Shown here: positions 17,835 to 31,000 of the stretch, in pieces
Layout: each line of letters opens with the position of its first letter
Numbering within the stretch: the stretch's first letter is position 1
From: Candidatus Aminicenantes bacterium
GTDB lineage: Bacteria > Acidobacteriota > Aminicenantia > Aminicenantales > JAFGBC01
Reading direction: 5' to 3'
NCBI GenBank assembly: GCA_963702005.1
Contig: OY969696.1
Span: 1-64,000, forward strand
DNA length: 64,000 nt
The notes under the pieces: generated by a model
The model's input: the letters and a program-made list of their open reading frames with translations, nothing else
Databases searched by the model: none
What the model was told of the DNA's origin: nothing
Translations under genes and position numbers: made by a program

Positions 17835-19943
17835 ATGCGAACGATCCGCATTTTTTTGTCACTGATCGTTCTCGGTGCCGCCGGTCTGTACGCACAGGAG
17901 AAACGCGGAAACGAACCCGTGACAACGGGTTCCTTGTTCTACGAGATGATTAACCTGCAGGGACTGGCGATCGTGCCGGACCCGGTCTTCCGCATGGTTC
18001 AATTCTCCTCCCACGACCGGCGCAGCGTGATCCCGGGAGGACCCGGCTGGTTCGCCAATGCCGACGGCTTCGGGGAGGAGCCGATACCGAATTTTGAAAA
18101 AGTGCTGAAAGGACCCGACACATCCGGTGTCGGTGAATATCTCATCGCCGACGTTGACGGACCCGGTGCCGTTGTGCGGCTCTGGACGGCGGATATCTCG
18201 GGAAAGGTCCGGCTCTACATTGACGGGAACGAAATCCCGCTCTACGACGGCGATGCCAACGAATTTTTCCGCAGACCGTATGACGGCTTCCCCCAGATCG
18301 ACAGCATCAACAGAGACCGATTCAAAACGACCGTCTACCAGAGGGACGCATCGTATGCCCCAATCCCGTTCGCCCGGCATCTGAAGGTCATCTGGACGGG
18401 GAAGATCGCTGAGATTCACTTCTACCACCTTCAGGTCCGGCTCTATTCCCCGGGGACGCGCGTTGCATCCTTCTCTCCCGGCGACATCGCACGTTACCGG
18501 GAGACGATCGACAGTGTCACTCTCGTCCTATCCGATCCCGATACCTACTCCCGGCCCCCGGGGGCAGAACGGGAAAAACCCTTCACGGCCGTCCTCGGAC
18601 CCTCCGAGAATAAAGAGATGGCTTCGCTTGAAGGGCCGGGCGCTGCCGGAAGGCTCGTCCTGCAACTGGGCGCAGAAGATCTTGACAGGGCTTTGCGACA
18701 AACCGTCCTCCGGATCGTCTGCGACGGATACCCGGAGGGTCAGGTCGAATCGCCGGTCGGCGATTTCTTCGGTGCCGCACCCGGTATCAACCCGTTTCAA
18801 TCGCTTCCCTTCACGATCCGGCCGGACGGCACCATGGTATGCCGGTTCGTCATGCCGTTCGAAAAATCGTTCAGGATCATTCTCGATAACCGGGGGACCC
18901 AGAGCGTCAGAGTCAGAGGGTCGGCCCTGCCCGTGCCGTTCGTTTGGAAAGAAAACAGCATGCACTTCCGCGCCCGCTGGCGGGTGAATCACAACCTCAT
19001 CGCGTCGGACAGCGAGGTCAGGGACCTGCCGTTCCTGATCGCGAACGGGGGCGGCGTGTATGTGGGAACGGCGGCGTTCATCATGAATCCCAGTCCGATA
19101 CCGACTCCCTGGGGGAATTGGTGGGGGGAGGGAGATGAGAAGGTTTTTATCGACGACGGTGCCCTTCCGTCACTTTTCGGGACCGGATCCGAGGATTATT
19201 TCAATTACTCATGGTCTGCTCCAGACATTTTCTTTTTCCCTTACTGTGGACAGCCACGGAACGACGGCCCCGGCAACAGGGGCTTCGTCACCAATTTCCG
19301 CTGGCATATCCTCGATCCCATCCCGTTTGTGAAAAACATCCGCTTCTTCATGGAGCTCAACAGCCACGAAAGAACTCCGGGCCTCTCCTATGCCCGCATC
19401 GGCTACCATTACGCACGGCCGGGGACCACGGACGATCACGTCCCGATCATGCCCGAGGATCTCCGTCCTTTGAGACTTCCCGCCGGATGGATGCCGGCCG
19501 CCAGGTTCGGCGCCCGGAACTCTGTGTTCTATCAGGCGGAAGATATCCTCAGGGACAGAGAAAATACCCGGGTACGCAATGGGGATCTGTGGGCGGGGAG
19601 CAAGCTCTTGGTGTGGACGCCGAAAAAAGCAGGGGACAGGAAGGATTTTATCGTGCAGATAAACTCCGGGGGGACGAAACAGGTCCATGTCACGGCCGCG
19701 CTCACTCCGCTGTCGGGGAAATTCAGTCTCCTCCTCGACAAACAAGCGCTGCCGCTGGACGACGACACTGCGGTCGTCGACCTTAACAAGCCTTACCGTA
19801 CGCTGCTCCGCGACTTCTCGTTCAAAGCGAGGGAATTGAAAGAAGGTGAGCACACCCTGACCATCGAATTCAAAGGGACTACCGGTTTGATCGAAAGGCC
19901 CGAAATCGGAATCGATTTCTTCTGGGTGCAAAAAGCCGAATAG
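17835..19943 (+). CDS. DUF2961 / GH172-like glycoside hydrolase, secreted
   Basis: GPGAVVRLW, PVGDFFG, WWGEGDEKVFID, GTGSEDYFNYSW, RWHILDPIPF. Confidence 0.85.
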   Translation: MRTIRIFLSLIVLGAAGLYAQEKRGNEPVTTGSLFYEMINLQGLAIVPDPVFRMVQFSSHDRRSVIPGGPGWFANADGFGEEPIPNFEKVLKGPDTSGVGEYLIADVDGPGAVVRLWTADISGKVRLYIDGNEIPLYDGDANEFFRRPYDGFPQIDSINRDRFKTTVYQRDASYAPIPFARHLKVIWTGKIAEIHFYHLQVRLYSPGTRVASFSPGDIARYRETIDSVTLVLSDPDTYSRPPGAEREKPFTAVLGPSENKEMASLEGPGAAGRLVLQLGAEDLDRALRQTVLRIVCDGYPEGQVESPVGDFFGAAPGINPFQSLPFTIRPDGTMVCRFVMPFEKSFRIILDNRGTQSVRVRGSALPVPFVWKENSMHFRARWRVNHNLIASDSEVRDLPFLIANGGGVYVGTAAFIMNPSPIPTPWGNWWGEGDEKVFIDDGALPSLFGTGSEDYFNYSWSAPDIFFFPYCGQPRNDGPGNRGFVTNFRWHILDPIPFVKNIRFFMELNSHERTPGLSYARIGYHYARPGTTDDHVPIMPEDLRPLRLPAGWMPAARFGARNSVFYQAEDILRDRENTRVRNGDLWAGSKLLVWTPKKAGDRKDFIVQINSGGTKQVHVTAALTPLSGKFSLLLDKQALPLDDDTAVVDLNKPYRTLLRDFSFKARELKEGEHTLTIEFKGTTGLIERPEIGIDFFWVQKAE

Positions 19944-20007
19944 GCCACCGTCATTTTGGGCTATAATCCGCATAAATGATGACTTCTGAATTTCGAGGAG
20001 GAAGTGA

Positions 20008-22938
<2,931 letters not shown>

Positions 22939-23152
22939 CGGGGCCACGCACCAACGAGCAAACGTCAACAGCTCTCCTTTCTCGAACATAAAAATATTCC
23001 GCGCCCAACCTTCGCGACGGTCAATTGGCTTTGGGCCGCGTTCTTTTCGAATTCCTGACAATCTCTTCACAGACCCCTGACAACTCGCTCCCCCGGAAGC
23101 CGTATCCTTTCGGCGTAAGCGAAGATCAGCCCGCTTACGCTGGGAGGGAATC

Positions 23153-24130
23153 ATGAATGTCTTCGTCACCGGCGCCGCCGGATTCATCGGAAGTCACCTG
23201 GTTGAGGCGCTTGTCTCGGCCGGGCATGATGTTACGGCCCTCGTAAGACCGGGAGAGAACTCGGCTCGAATTGCGGGACTGGCCGTCCGTCTCGTCGAAG
23301 GGGACGTGACCGATATTCGGTCCCTTCCCGACGAGGCCAAGGAGGCCGAAATCGTCTATCACTTGGCCGCCGTTCTGGGCGGCCAAGATCCTCGACTCTA
23401 TTATGATGTGAATTTTGGGGGAACGCGAAATCTCCTTGAAGTCTGCCGGGCCCATCGAGGGAAAATGAAGCGGTTTCTGTTGGTCTCGAGCATCGCCGCG
23501 GCCGGTCCGTGCCGCCGGGAAGAATTATTGACCGAGGACTCGCCCTGTCATCCCGTTTCCGATTATGGTCGGAGCAAGTTGATGGCCGAAAATTTTCTTA
23601 AAACGAGCGGTCACGGGATTCCGTTTACGATTGTCAGGCTTCCCCTCGTCTATGGCCCCCGGAGCGATGGGGGCCTTCTATCGTATTTCAAAATGGCGTC
23701 CAAGGGGATATGCGTCCGGCCGGGAAACGGATTCACCAGCGTCGGCTTCGTCCGGGACATCGTGGAGGGAATCATTCTGGCCGCAGAAAGCCCAAAGGCC
23801 GCGGGACGGTCCTATTTTTTGGGGGACGGAGCCTATTCTTGGGAGGAGATCATCCGCTATGTCTCGGCCGCGGTAGGGAAAAAGACCTTACGCCTCGTCA
23901 TCCCTTATCCGAGCTTGTATTTGATCGCTCCCTGGGCCGAGCTCTTCGGCGGGATCGCGCGTCGCCCCCCATTGATCTCGTTTCACAATATTTTCTATCT
24001 CAAGCACCGCTATTGGCGTTGCCGGACGGATCGAGCCAGGAGCGAGATCGGTTTTATGCCGCGGGTTCCTTTCCCGAAGGGACTGGCCATTACCTATGCC
24101 TGGTACAAGGCGAATGGATACGTCGCTTGA
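23153..24130 (+). CDS. NAD-dependent epimerase/dehydratase (extended SDR)
   Basis: TGAAGFIG, HLAA, SSIAA, YGRSK. Confidence 0.9.
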   Translation: MNVFVTGAAGFIGSHLVEALVSAGHDVTALVRPGENSARIAGLAVRLVEGDVTDIRSLPDEAKEAEIVYHLAAVLGGQDPRLYYDVNFGGTRNLLEVCRAHRGKMKRFLLVSSIAAAGPCRREELLTEDSPCHPVSDYGRSKLMAENFLKTSGHGIPFTIVRLPLVYGPRSDGGLLSYFKMASKGICVRPGNGFTSVGFVRDIVEGIILAAESPKAAGRSYFLGDGAYSWEEIIRYVSAAVGKKTLRLVIPYPSLYLIAPWAELFGGIARRPPLISFHNIFYLKHRYWRCRTDRARSEIGFMPRVPFPKGLAITYAWYKANGYVA

Positions 24131-25125
24131 GAACCCCAAAAGCATTGGTCACCGGTTGTAGCGGATTCATCGGCCGGCATTTTGTCCGCATTCTCCTGGA
24201 GAAGGGCTATGACGTCACCGGCCTCGTGCGGGCAACCAGCCGATTGGATCCCCTCAAACGCTTGAATATTCATCTCGTGAAAGGAGATTTCTGCGATCCC
24301 CGTTCGCTTCATTCCGCCGCGGCGGATAGGGATTTTGTATTCCATCTGGCGGCGGCCTTGGCGGCTCCCGATCGGAACGCCTATCAGCGCAGCAACGTCG
24401 AGAGTACGGAAAATTTGCTTGAAGCCTGTCGAGAGGTTTGCCCGGGAATAAAAAAATTCGTGTATGTTTCGAGCATCGCGGCCGCGGGGCCGTCCCGAAA
24501 GGGCGAAACAAAGATGGAAGATGACCCCTGCCGTCCGGTTTCCGAATACGGCCGGAGCAAACTGGCCGCCGAGAGCCTCGTCCGGAGATATGGAAAATGG
24601 TTTCCCGTGACCCTCATCCGCCCGCCGAACGTCTTAGGCGCCGGACAAAAGGAGTTGACGATCGTGATGCGGCTCATCGATCTTGGAATCGTCCCCCGCC
24701 TGGCGGATCGTGAAAAGCGGACAAGCTTATGTTTCGTCGAGGATCTCGCCGAGGCGCTCATCTTGGCGGCCGAAAGCCCACAATCCCGCGGCCGGACGTA
24801 TTTTGTCACGGACGGCCGAGCCTATTCGTGGACGGAGATCACCGATATTCTGGCCCGTCAGATGGGGAGAAAACTTGCGATCCCCGTCCCGGCGCCCATG
24901 GTATCGATGACCGGATTTTTCGCCGAGTTGGCCGGCCGGCTGACTGGAAGGCCGTCCTTTTTATCGAGGAGCGCACTCGCTAGCGTGCGCGAGCGATACT
25001 GGATCTTCAACAGCGAAAGAATCCGCAAAGAACTCGGTTTTCGGCCTTCGATCGGGCTCGAGGACGGGCTTAAGCGCATTGTCTCCGAATACCGCGCGGA
25101 GAAGATTTGTAAGGCCGTCGCTTAA
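24127..25125 (+). CDS. NAD-dependent epimerase/dehydratase (extended SDR), paralogue
   Basis: TTG start overlapping the upstream TGA; TGCSGFIG, SSIAA, YGRSK. Confidence 0.85.
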   Translation: MRTPKALVTGCSGFIGRHFVRILLEKGYDVTGLVRATSRLDPLKRLNIHLVKGDFCDPRSLHSAAADRDFVFHLAAALAAPDRNAYQRSNVESTENLLEACREVCPGIKKFVYVSSIAAAGPSRKGETKMEDDPCRPVSEYGRSKLAAESLVRRYGKWFPVTLIRPPNVLGAGQKELTIVMRLIDLGIVPRLADREKRTSLCFVEDLAEALILAAESPQSRGRTYFVTDGRAYSWTEITDILARQMGRKLAIPVPAPMVSMTGFFAELAGRLTGRPSFLSRSALASVRERYWIFNSERIRKELGFRPSIGLEDGLKRIVSEYRAEKICKAVA

Positions 25126-25165
25126 CGGAGAATCACGCCGGCCGGACGGCGGTGTCAACAAAGGT

Positions 25166-26619
25166 TCACTCGACGCTGCGGTCGATGAACCCCTTGCGGA
25201 GCGTCATCCACATGATCTTGATGTCCAGGCCGAGGGACCAGTTCTGGATGTAATAGAAATCGTATTCGAGGCGTTTATCGATCTCGCTGTCCTGGCGGAG
25301 GCCGTGGACCTGGGCCCAGCCGGTGATCCCGGCCTTGACCTTGTGGCGGAGCATGTATTTGGGGATTTTGTCGGTGAACTCCCGGACGAAGTTGGGACGC
25401 TCCGGCCGCGGCCCGATCAAGCTCATCTCGCCCCTGAGGACGTTCGCGAACTGGGGGAGTTCGTCGATGCTGTATTTGCGGAGGAAGCGGCCGATCCGGG
25501 TCATGCGCGGGTCGCCAGGTCCGCAGAAGACCGGACCGGTCGTTTTCTCGGCGTCGCAGATCATGGTCCGGAATTTGTGGATGACGAAGCGCCGCCCGTC
25601 CAGCCCCATCCGCTCCTGATGGTAAAAAACGGGCCCCCGAGAAGTCAGCTTGACCAGGACGGCGACGACGAGGATCAGGGGCGACAGGATCACCAGGGCC
25701 AGGGCCGAGACGACGATGTCCGTCGTCCGCTTAACGACTTGGGCCAGGCCGCGGATCGGGACGTCGTCGATGGTGATGACCGGGAACCCGTCCAGGTCCT
25801 GGATGTTGGCTTTGAGGGTCAGGAGCTGGAAGAGGTCGGGGACGATGCGGACCAAGACCGGGTGCTTATGGGCAACCTGAAAGGCCTCGAGGATCTTGGC
25901 GTAGTTTGACAGATCGAGGGCGATGAAGACCTCCCCGATTCCCTGCTCCTCGATGACCCGGCCCAGGTCCTTGAGTCCCCCCAGAACCGGGACGCGGCCG
26001 CCGTCGACCTCGAGAATCTCGCCGGCCGCCCGGTCGTCGTCCACAAAGCCCTTGACCCGGAAGCCGAGGTCCCTGTAGGTGAAGAGCTTCTGGGTGACCA
26101 CCCGGCCCATCTCGCCCGCCCCGACGACGACGACGTTGGTCAGGTTGAGCCCCCGGGCATAGCGCCGTTTCATCAAGAAAAAGATCTGGGTCCGGAGGAA
26201 GGCCAGCATGAAGATGACGACGACAAAGTAAACGGCCAGGAAGCCGTGGGAGAGCTTGAAGGTCATCCGGTACAGGGGCGCCCCCCCTGGCTGTAGTTAT
26301 AGATGTAGTTCAGGATCGAGAACACGACCAGGATGGTCAGGACGGCGTTCAGGATGATGTAGAGAAAATCGTCGATCTTGGCCCGGCGGAGCTTGCTCTT
26401 ATAGAACCCCTGGAAATAGAAGATGAGGAGGTGGACGGCCAGGAAGAGGGGAAAGACAGCGACGTAGTTGCGGAAGGCGGGGACGCCCTTGGCCGGGTCG
26501 ACCGGGATGATATAGGCGTAGAACCGGAACAGGTAGGAATAGAAAAAGGAAACGAGGATGGCTATGACGTCGCTCAGGACGTAGAGCCCGATCAGGCGGA
26601 AGCGGCGCCCGGTGATCAC
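25166..26619 (-). pseudogene. undecaprenyl-phosphate glucose phosphotransferase (WcaJ-like), split by a frameshift at a G7 tract
   Basis: N-terminal TM part 26263-26619 and C-terminal part with KFRTM, SIDELPQ, GPRPERP, GITGWAQV. One extra G at 26281-26287 would fuse them. Confidence 0.8.
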
Positions 26620-27734
26620 GGTTTTGCCTTAGACCCGGTCCCCGCGCGGCGCAGAGCGCCTTCCATCCGTTTCTTGAAGGCCTGCCGCGAGAACCTCAGG
26701 GCATGCGACCGGGCCGCGGCTTTATTACAGACAAAGCGGTCGAATTTGTCAAGGGCGGCGGCCAGCCCGGCGGCCGTCCGGTCGTCGAAGAAAAGCCCGG
26801 TCCGCCCCGGAAGGACGGTCTCGAGCGCTCCGCCCCTTCCGTAGGCGAGGACGGGCGTTCCGCAGGCCTGGGCTTCGAGGGCCGCGATCCCGAAATCCTC
26901 CTCGCCCGGCATGAGGAGCGCCCGGGCCTCACGGTAGGCTTGTCTGAGGTCCTCGGCCGACAAGAAGGGCGCGAAGCGAATCGAGGGCCCGGCCATCTTC
27001 CTGAGGGCTTTGGCGTCGGGTCCGTCTCCGACGACGAAGAGCTTGCGGCCGGTCCGATTGAAGGCCGCGACGGCGAGGTCGATCCGCTTGTAAGGAACCA
27101 GGGCCGAGACGACCAGGAATTCGTCGCCGCGGGACGGCTTTGGGGCGGGCCGGAAAAAATCGGTGTCGACGGGAGGGGGGATGACCTCGGCTTCCCGCCT
27201 GTAGTATTTCTTGATCCGGAGGGCGACGTTAGCCGAGTTAGCGATATAGCGGTCGACCCGGGCCGCGGACGCCTCGTCCCAGAGGCGCAGGCCGTGGACG
27301 AGGAGAGGGACAATGGGTCTGGCCAGGACCGGGAGCTTGTCGGGGCCGAAATAATCGTGGTACTGGCCCCAGGCATAGCGCACGGGCGTATGAATGTAGG
27401 AGACATGGACGGCGTCGGGCCGGGTGATGACGCCCTTGGCGACGCAGTGGGAGCTCGAAATGACCAAGTCGAAGTCCCGGAGGTCGAAGAGTTCGGCTGC
27501 TACGGGAAACAAGGGCAAGTACCATCGGTAATGCGTCTTCAGGAAGGGAAAACCCTGAAGGAAGCTCGTCCGGATGACCCTACGCTCGATGTCGGGGGAC
27601 TGGCTGCCCGGCACCCGGAACAGGGTGTAGATGGGCGCGTCGGGATAGATCTCGGCCAGGACCTCGAGGACTTTCTCGCCCCCGCGCCGGCCGGTCAGCC
27701 AATCATGGACCAGGGCGACCTTGGGTGTTTTCAT
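26616..27734 (-). CDS. GT4 glycosyltransferase
   Basis: ALVHDWL, GGEKVL, YKRID, EDFGIAALEAQACG. Confidence 0.9.
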   Translation of the reverse strand: MKTPKVALVHDWLTGRRGGEKVLEVLAEIYPDAPIYTLFRVPGSQSPDIERRVIRTSFLQGFPFLKTHYRWYLPLFPVAAELFDLRDFDLVISSSHCVAKGVITRPDAVHVSYIHTPVRYAWGQYHDYFGPDKLPVLARPIVPLLVHGLRLWDEASAARVDRYIANSANVALRIKKYYRREAEVIPPPVDTDFFRPAPKPSRGDEFLVVSALVPYKRIDLAVAAFNRTGRKLFVVGDGPDAKALRKMAGPSIRFAPFLSAEDLRQAYREARALLMPGEEDFGIAALEAQACGTPVLAYGRGGALETVLPGRTGLFFDDRTAAGLAAALDKFDRFVCNKAAARSHALRFSRQAFKKRMEGALRRAGTGSKAKP

Positions 27735-27799
27735 GGAGATGATAGGACTTTTTTATCACAAGCCCCCCCGTTTTTCAATCGGTCTCCGCCTTGGACGCT

Positions 27800-28951
27800 T
27801 CAGCCTGCTTCCTTGACTTCGGTTTTTAGGCGGACGAGCTCGATGTACAGGGCTTGGGTTTCGGCGATCATCCGGGACCGGGAATAGGCGGGCGGGATCT
27901 CGGCCCGGGCCCTTTCCCCCAGCTTCCGGCCGAGCTTGCGGTCCTCGAGCAGACGCAGGACCGCCCCGGCCAGAGCAGGGGCGTCCCCGGCCGGGACAAG
28001 GAGCCCGGTGGCCCCATCCTTGACGACCTCGCGCACGCCGTCGATGTCGGTGACGACCATCGGCTTGGCCTGACCGGCCGCCTCGATCAAGACCAGGGGA
28101 AGTCCCTCCCAAAGGGAGGGGAGGACGAAGACGTCGAACAGGGCGAGAAGCTCCCTGGCATCGGACCGCTCGCCGAGCAAGCGAACGGCCCGGCCGAGCT
28201 CCTTCTCCCTGACCAGCTTCCCCAGCGAAGCTTCGAGCGGGCCGCCTCCGGCTACCAGGAATCGTGCCCGCGGGTAGCGTTCCAGGATGCGGCCGGCCGC
28301 TTCGATGAGATAAGCGACGCCCTTTTGCCGGTGAAGTCGGGACACGGCGCCGACGACGATTTCGTCCGGCTCGATTCCGAGCTCCTTCCGCAGCGCCTCG
28401 AGCCGCCAGGGGGAAGGTTCGGGAAGAATATCGACTCCGTTCCTGATCAGCCTGATCCTGTCGGCCGGGGCCAGCCGCAGCTCCCTCGCTCGGTCCAGGT
28501 CTGCCTCGGAAACGAAGACGACCGCGTCGGTAGTACGCCCCAATCGCCTTTCGATCCCGATCAGTGCGCGTTTAATAACGGGATTCCGGTAGTGGAGATA
28601 ATGGATGCCGTGAACGGTGTGGACGACGATCGGCGTCTTGGCCCGCCGCGCCGCCCAACGTCCGTAGAGTCCGGCCACCCCTCCATGGGTGTGAAGGACG
28701 TCGATGGCCTGCCGGCGCAGGATGTTCGATACGGCCCGGACCGTTCTCAGCCCCGAAGCTTTTCCGATCGGGACATCGAAATGGGGAATGGCCGACTTCC
28801 CGAGCTCGTCGACGAGAGGGCCTCCGGCCCGGGAGCAGGCCGCGACCGCGAACCGTTTCCGGTCGAGTCCGCGGGCGACGGAGAGAAGGACCGTCTGTCC
28901 GCCGCCCAGGAAGGGGCGGTCGATCATCTCCAAGACCTTGATAGTCCTCAT
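27800..28951 (-). CDS. GT4 glycosyltransferase
   Basis: Start MRTIKVLEMID; RLHRQKG; PSLWEGLPLVLIEA. Confidence 0.88.
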   Translation of the reverse strand: MRTIKVLEMIDRPFLGGGQTVLLSVARGLDRKRFAVAACSRAGGPLVDELGKSAIPHFDVPIGKASGLRTVRAVSNILRRQAIDVLHTHGGVAGLYGRWAARRAKTPIVVHTVHGIHYLHYRNPVIKRALIGIERRLGRTTDAVVFVSEADLDRARELRLAPADRIRLIRNGVDILPEPSPWRLEALRKELGIEPDEIVVGAVSRLHRQKGVAYLIEAAGRILERYPRARFLVAGGGPLEASLGKLVREKELGRAVRLLGERSDARELLALFDVFVLPSLWEGLPLVLIEAAGQAKPMVVTDIDGVREVVKDGATGLLVPAGDAPALAGAVLRLLEDRKLGRKLGERARAEIPPAYSRSRMIAETQALYIELVRLKTEVKEAG

Positions 28952-29850
28952 CGCCCGGCCCCCTTTTTGAGAAGCCCGAGGAACCGCGCCGGCCCGGGCT
29001 CGCCCGCTTTGGAGCGCTCGAGCTTCAAGGCCATGGCCCAGAAGGTCAGTCTCAGGTAGAAACGGAGCAGAGCCTGCGAGGGGCGCGAGTTGTGCTTCCG
29101 ATAAAAACGGATCTGGCTCTCCCGATAGGCGAGCCTGCTCCGGCGCCGGTGCGGAGAGGTCGTGATCCCGCCCTTGTGAAAGGCTTGGACCTCCGGCAGA
29201 AAAACGACGTCCCAGCCCGCCTTCCCGACGCGATAGCAGAGGTCGATGTCCTCGAAATAAAGGAAGAAATCCTCGTCGAAAAGCCCGGCCGCCTCGAGAG
29301 CCTTTCGGCGCGCCAGGAGACAGGCGCCGCTGACCCAGACGGCCTGGCGGCGCGTCCTGTCCTTTCTCAGCCGCCTCTCCCAATAGCGATTCAGTATCGC
29401 TTTCTTGAAGAACTCGCTCATGAAACGGACCCGGCCGCCGAACGAAACCTGGAAGCCGTCCTTTGCATTGAGGAGTGCCGGCCCCACGATTCCGGTCCGG
29501 GGATTCAGGCGAAGCTCGTCGAGGAGGGCCGGGAGGGTCCCTTCGAGGAGGGCGGCGTCCGTGTTCATGAACAGGATGAACTCGCCCCGGCTCTCGCGGA
29601 AGGCGAGGTTGTTGGCCTTGGCGAAGCCCAGGTTCTCCGCGCTCCGGATGAGCCGGACCGAAGGAAAGTCCGCCGCCACGATCTCGGCGCTTCCGTCGGA
29701 GGAGGCGTTGTCGACGACGATGACTTCGGCCGCAACCCCCTTCGCGCCGTTGAGGATGGAGGAAAGGCTGCGCCCGATGTTCTCCCGGTCGTTATAGTTC
29801 ACGACGATCGCGGATAGGACGGGCCGCGGGGAGGAGCGTTTCTCAGCCAA
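28948..29850 (-). CDS. GT2 glycosyltransferase (WbbL/rhamnosyltransferase-like)
   Basis: IVVNYN, VDNASSDG, NLGFAKANN, FFLYFEDIDLC; probable TTG start. Confidence 0.85.
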   Translation of the reverse strand: MAEKRSSPRPVLSAIVVNYNDRENIGRSLSSILNGAKGVAAEVIVVDNASSDGSAEIVAADFPSVRLIRSAENLGFAKANNLAFRESRGEFILFMNTDAALLEGTLPALLDELRLNPRTGIVGPALLNAKDGFQVSFGGRVRFMSEFFKKAILNRYWERRLRKDRTRRQAVWVSGACLLARRKALEAAGLFDEDFFLYFEDIDLCYRVGKAGWDVVFLPEVQAFHKGGITTSPHRRRSRLAYRESQIRFYRKHNSRPSQALLRFYLRLTFWAMALKLERSKAGEPGPARFLGLLKKGAGR

Positions 29851-31000
29851 GGGCGGCCTCCAGGGCGGCTTCGACCTTTCGGACCTGGGCGTCCGGGTCG
29901 AACCGCTCCCGCGCCTTTTTTCGCGCGCGCCGGGCGGCTTCCTTCGCCTCGCGGGGATGATCCAGGACATGGGCGATCCCGGCGGCTATCGCCTCCGGCG
30001 TTCCGGAAGAGACGAGCCGGCCGGTTGCTCCATGCTCCACAATTTCGCCGATGCCGCCGCCCGAGACGGCCAGGACGGGAATGCCCAGGGCCTGGGCTTC
30101 GAGGGCCGTCCGGCCGAAGGATTCCCGGCCCGAACCGACGATGACGAGGTCCAGGGCGGCGTAGAGGGAGTGGACGTCGCGTTGCCAGCCGGTGAAGACA
30201 ACGGTCTCATCCAGCGCCCGCGTCCGGATAAGATTCCGGAGCCTTCGGACATAGCCGGAGTCCGGCTCGGCGCCGACGACGAGGAGTTTGAGACGAGGAT
30301 CCCGCGAACGAAGGGCGGCCACCGCCAGGACGATCTCCCGCTGGCGTTTGTCTTCGCTGATCTTTCCCACTACGCCGCAGAGAAAATCATCGTTTTTAAT
30401 GCCCCATCGCGTCCGAACGGCCGCTCGGTCGTCCGCCGGCCGTTCATCGGCCCACTCGGGTATCCAATTGTAAACAATTGAGATACGATCACTCGGAGGA
30501 AAAGCGCTGCGTGCCGCCTCGGAGTTGACGAGGACCGCCGCCGAAGAACGGACGACGAAGTCCAGGAACCAGCGCCGGCCGAAAAGACAGACGAACTGGG
30601 GGCGAGGCCGCCCGAGAAGCTCGTGGATCATCCAGACATGGGAAACGCGGGCGGCCCGGGCGGCCCAGGCCCCGCTCAAGATCGCGGCCGAGTTCGTAAA
30701 GACGAGCCCGGCCTTTTTCTCGCGGATAAAAGCCGTCAGCCGGCGGACCCCCCGAACGTTCCATAACCAGGAGGCGGGTTGTTTCCAGACCCGGGAGGCA
30801 GGCGTGAGCCACCATTTCATCGGGACCGTGAAGCGTTCGATGCCTTCGGCCGCGGCCGCTTCATCGAGCGGCCCCGGACCCGGCAGGGCCAGGACGGGTT
30901 GAAACCGGCTTCGGTCCAGACGCCGAATAGTCTCGATCAGCCACCGCTCGGCGCCGTTGAGCTCGGCGGTGTGGGAGAGGAATAGAACGGTCCGGCTCAT
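29843..31000 (-). CDS. GT4 glycosyltransferase
   Basis: GAERWL; ESFGRTALEAQALG. Confidence 0.88.
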   Translation of the reverse strand: MSRTVLFLSHTAELNGAERWLIETIRRLDRSRFQPVLALPGPGPLDEAAAAEGIERFTVPMKWWLTPASRVWKQPASWLWNVRGVRRLTAFIREKKAGLVFTNSAAILSGAWAARAARVSHVWMIHELLGRPRPQFVCLFGRRWFLDFVVRSSAAVLVNSEAARSAFPPSDRISIVYNWIPEWADERPADDRAAVRTRWGIKNDDFLCGVVGKISEDKRQREIVLAVAALRSRDPRLKLLVVGAEPDSGYVRRLRNLIRTRALDETVVFTGWQRDVHSLYAALDLVIVGSGRESFGRTALEAQALGIPVLAVSGGGIGEIVEHGATGRLVSSGTPEAIAAGIAHVLDHPREAKEAARRARKKARERFDPDAQVRKVEAALEAALG

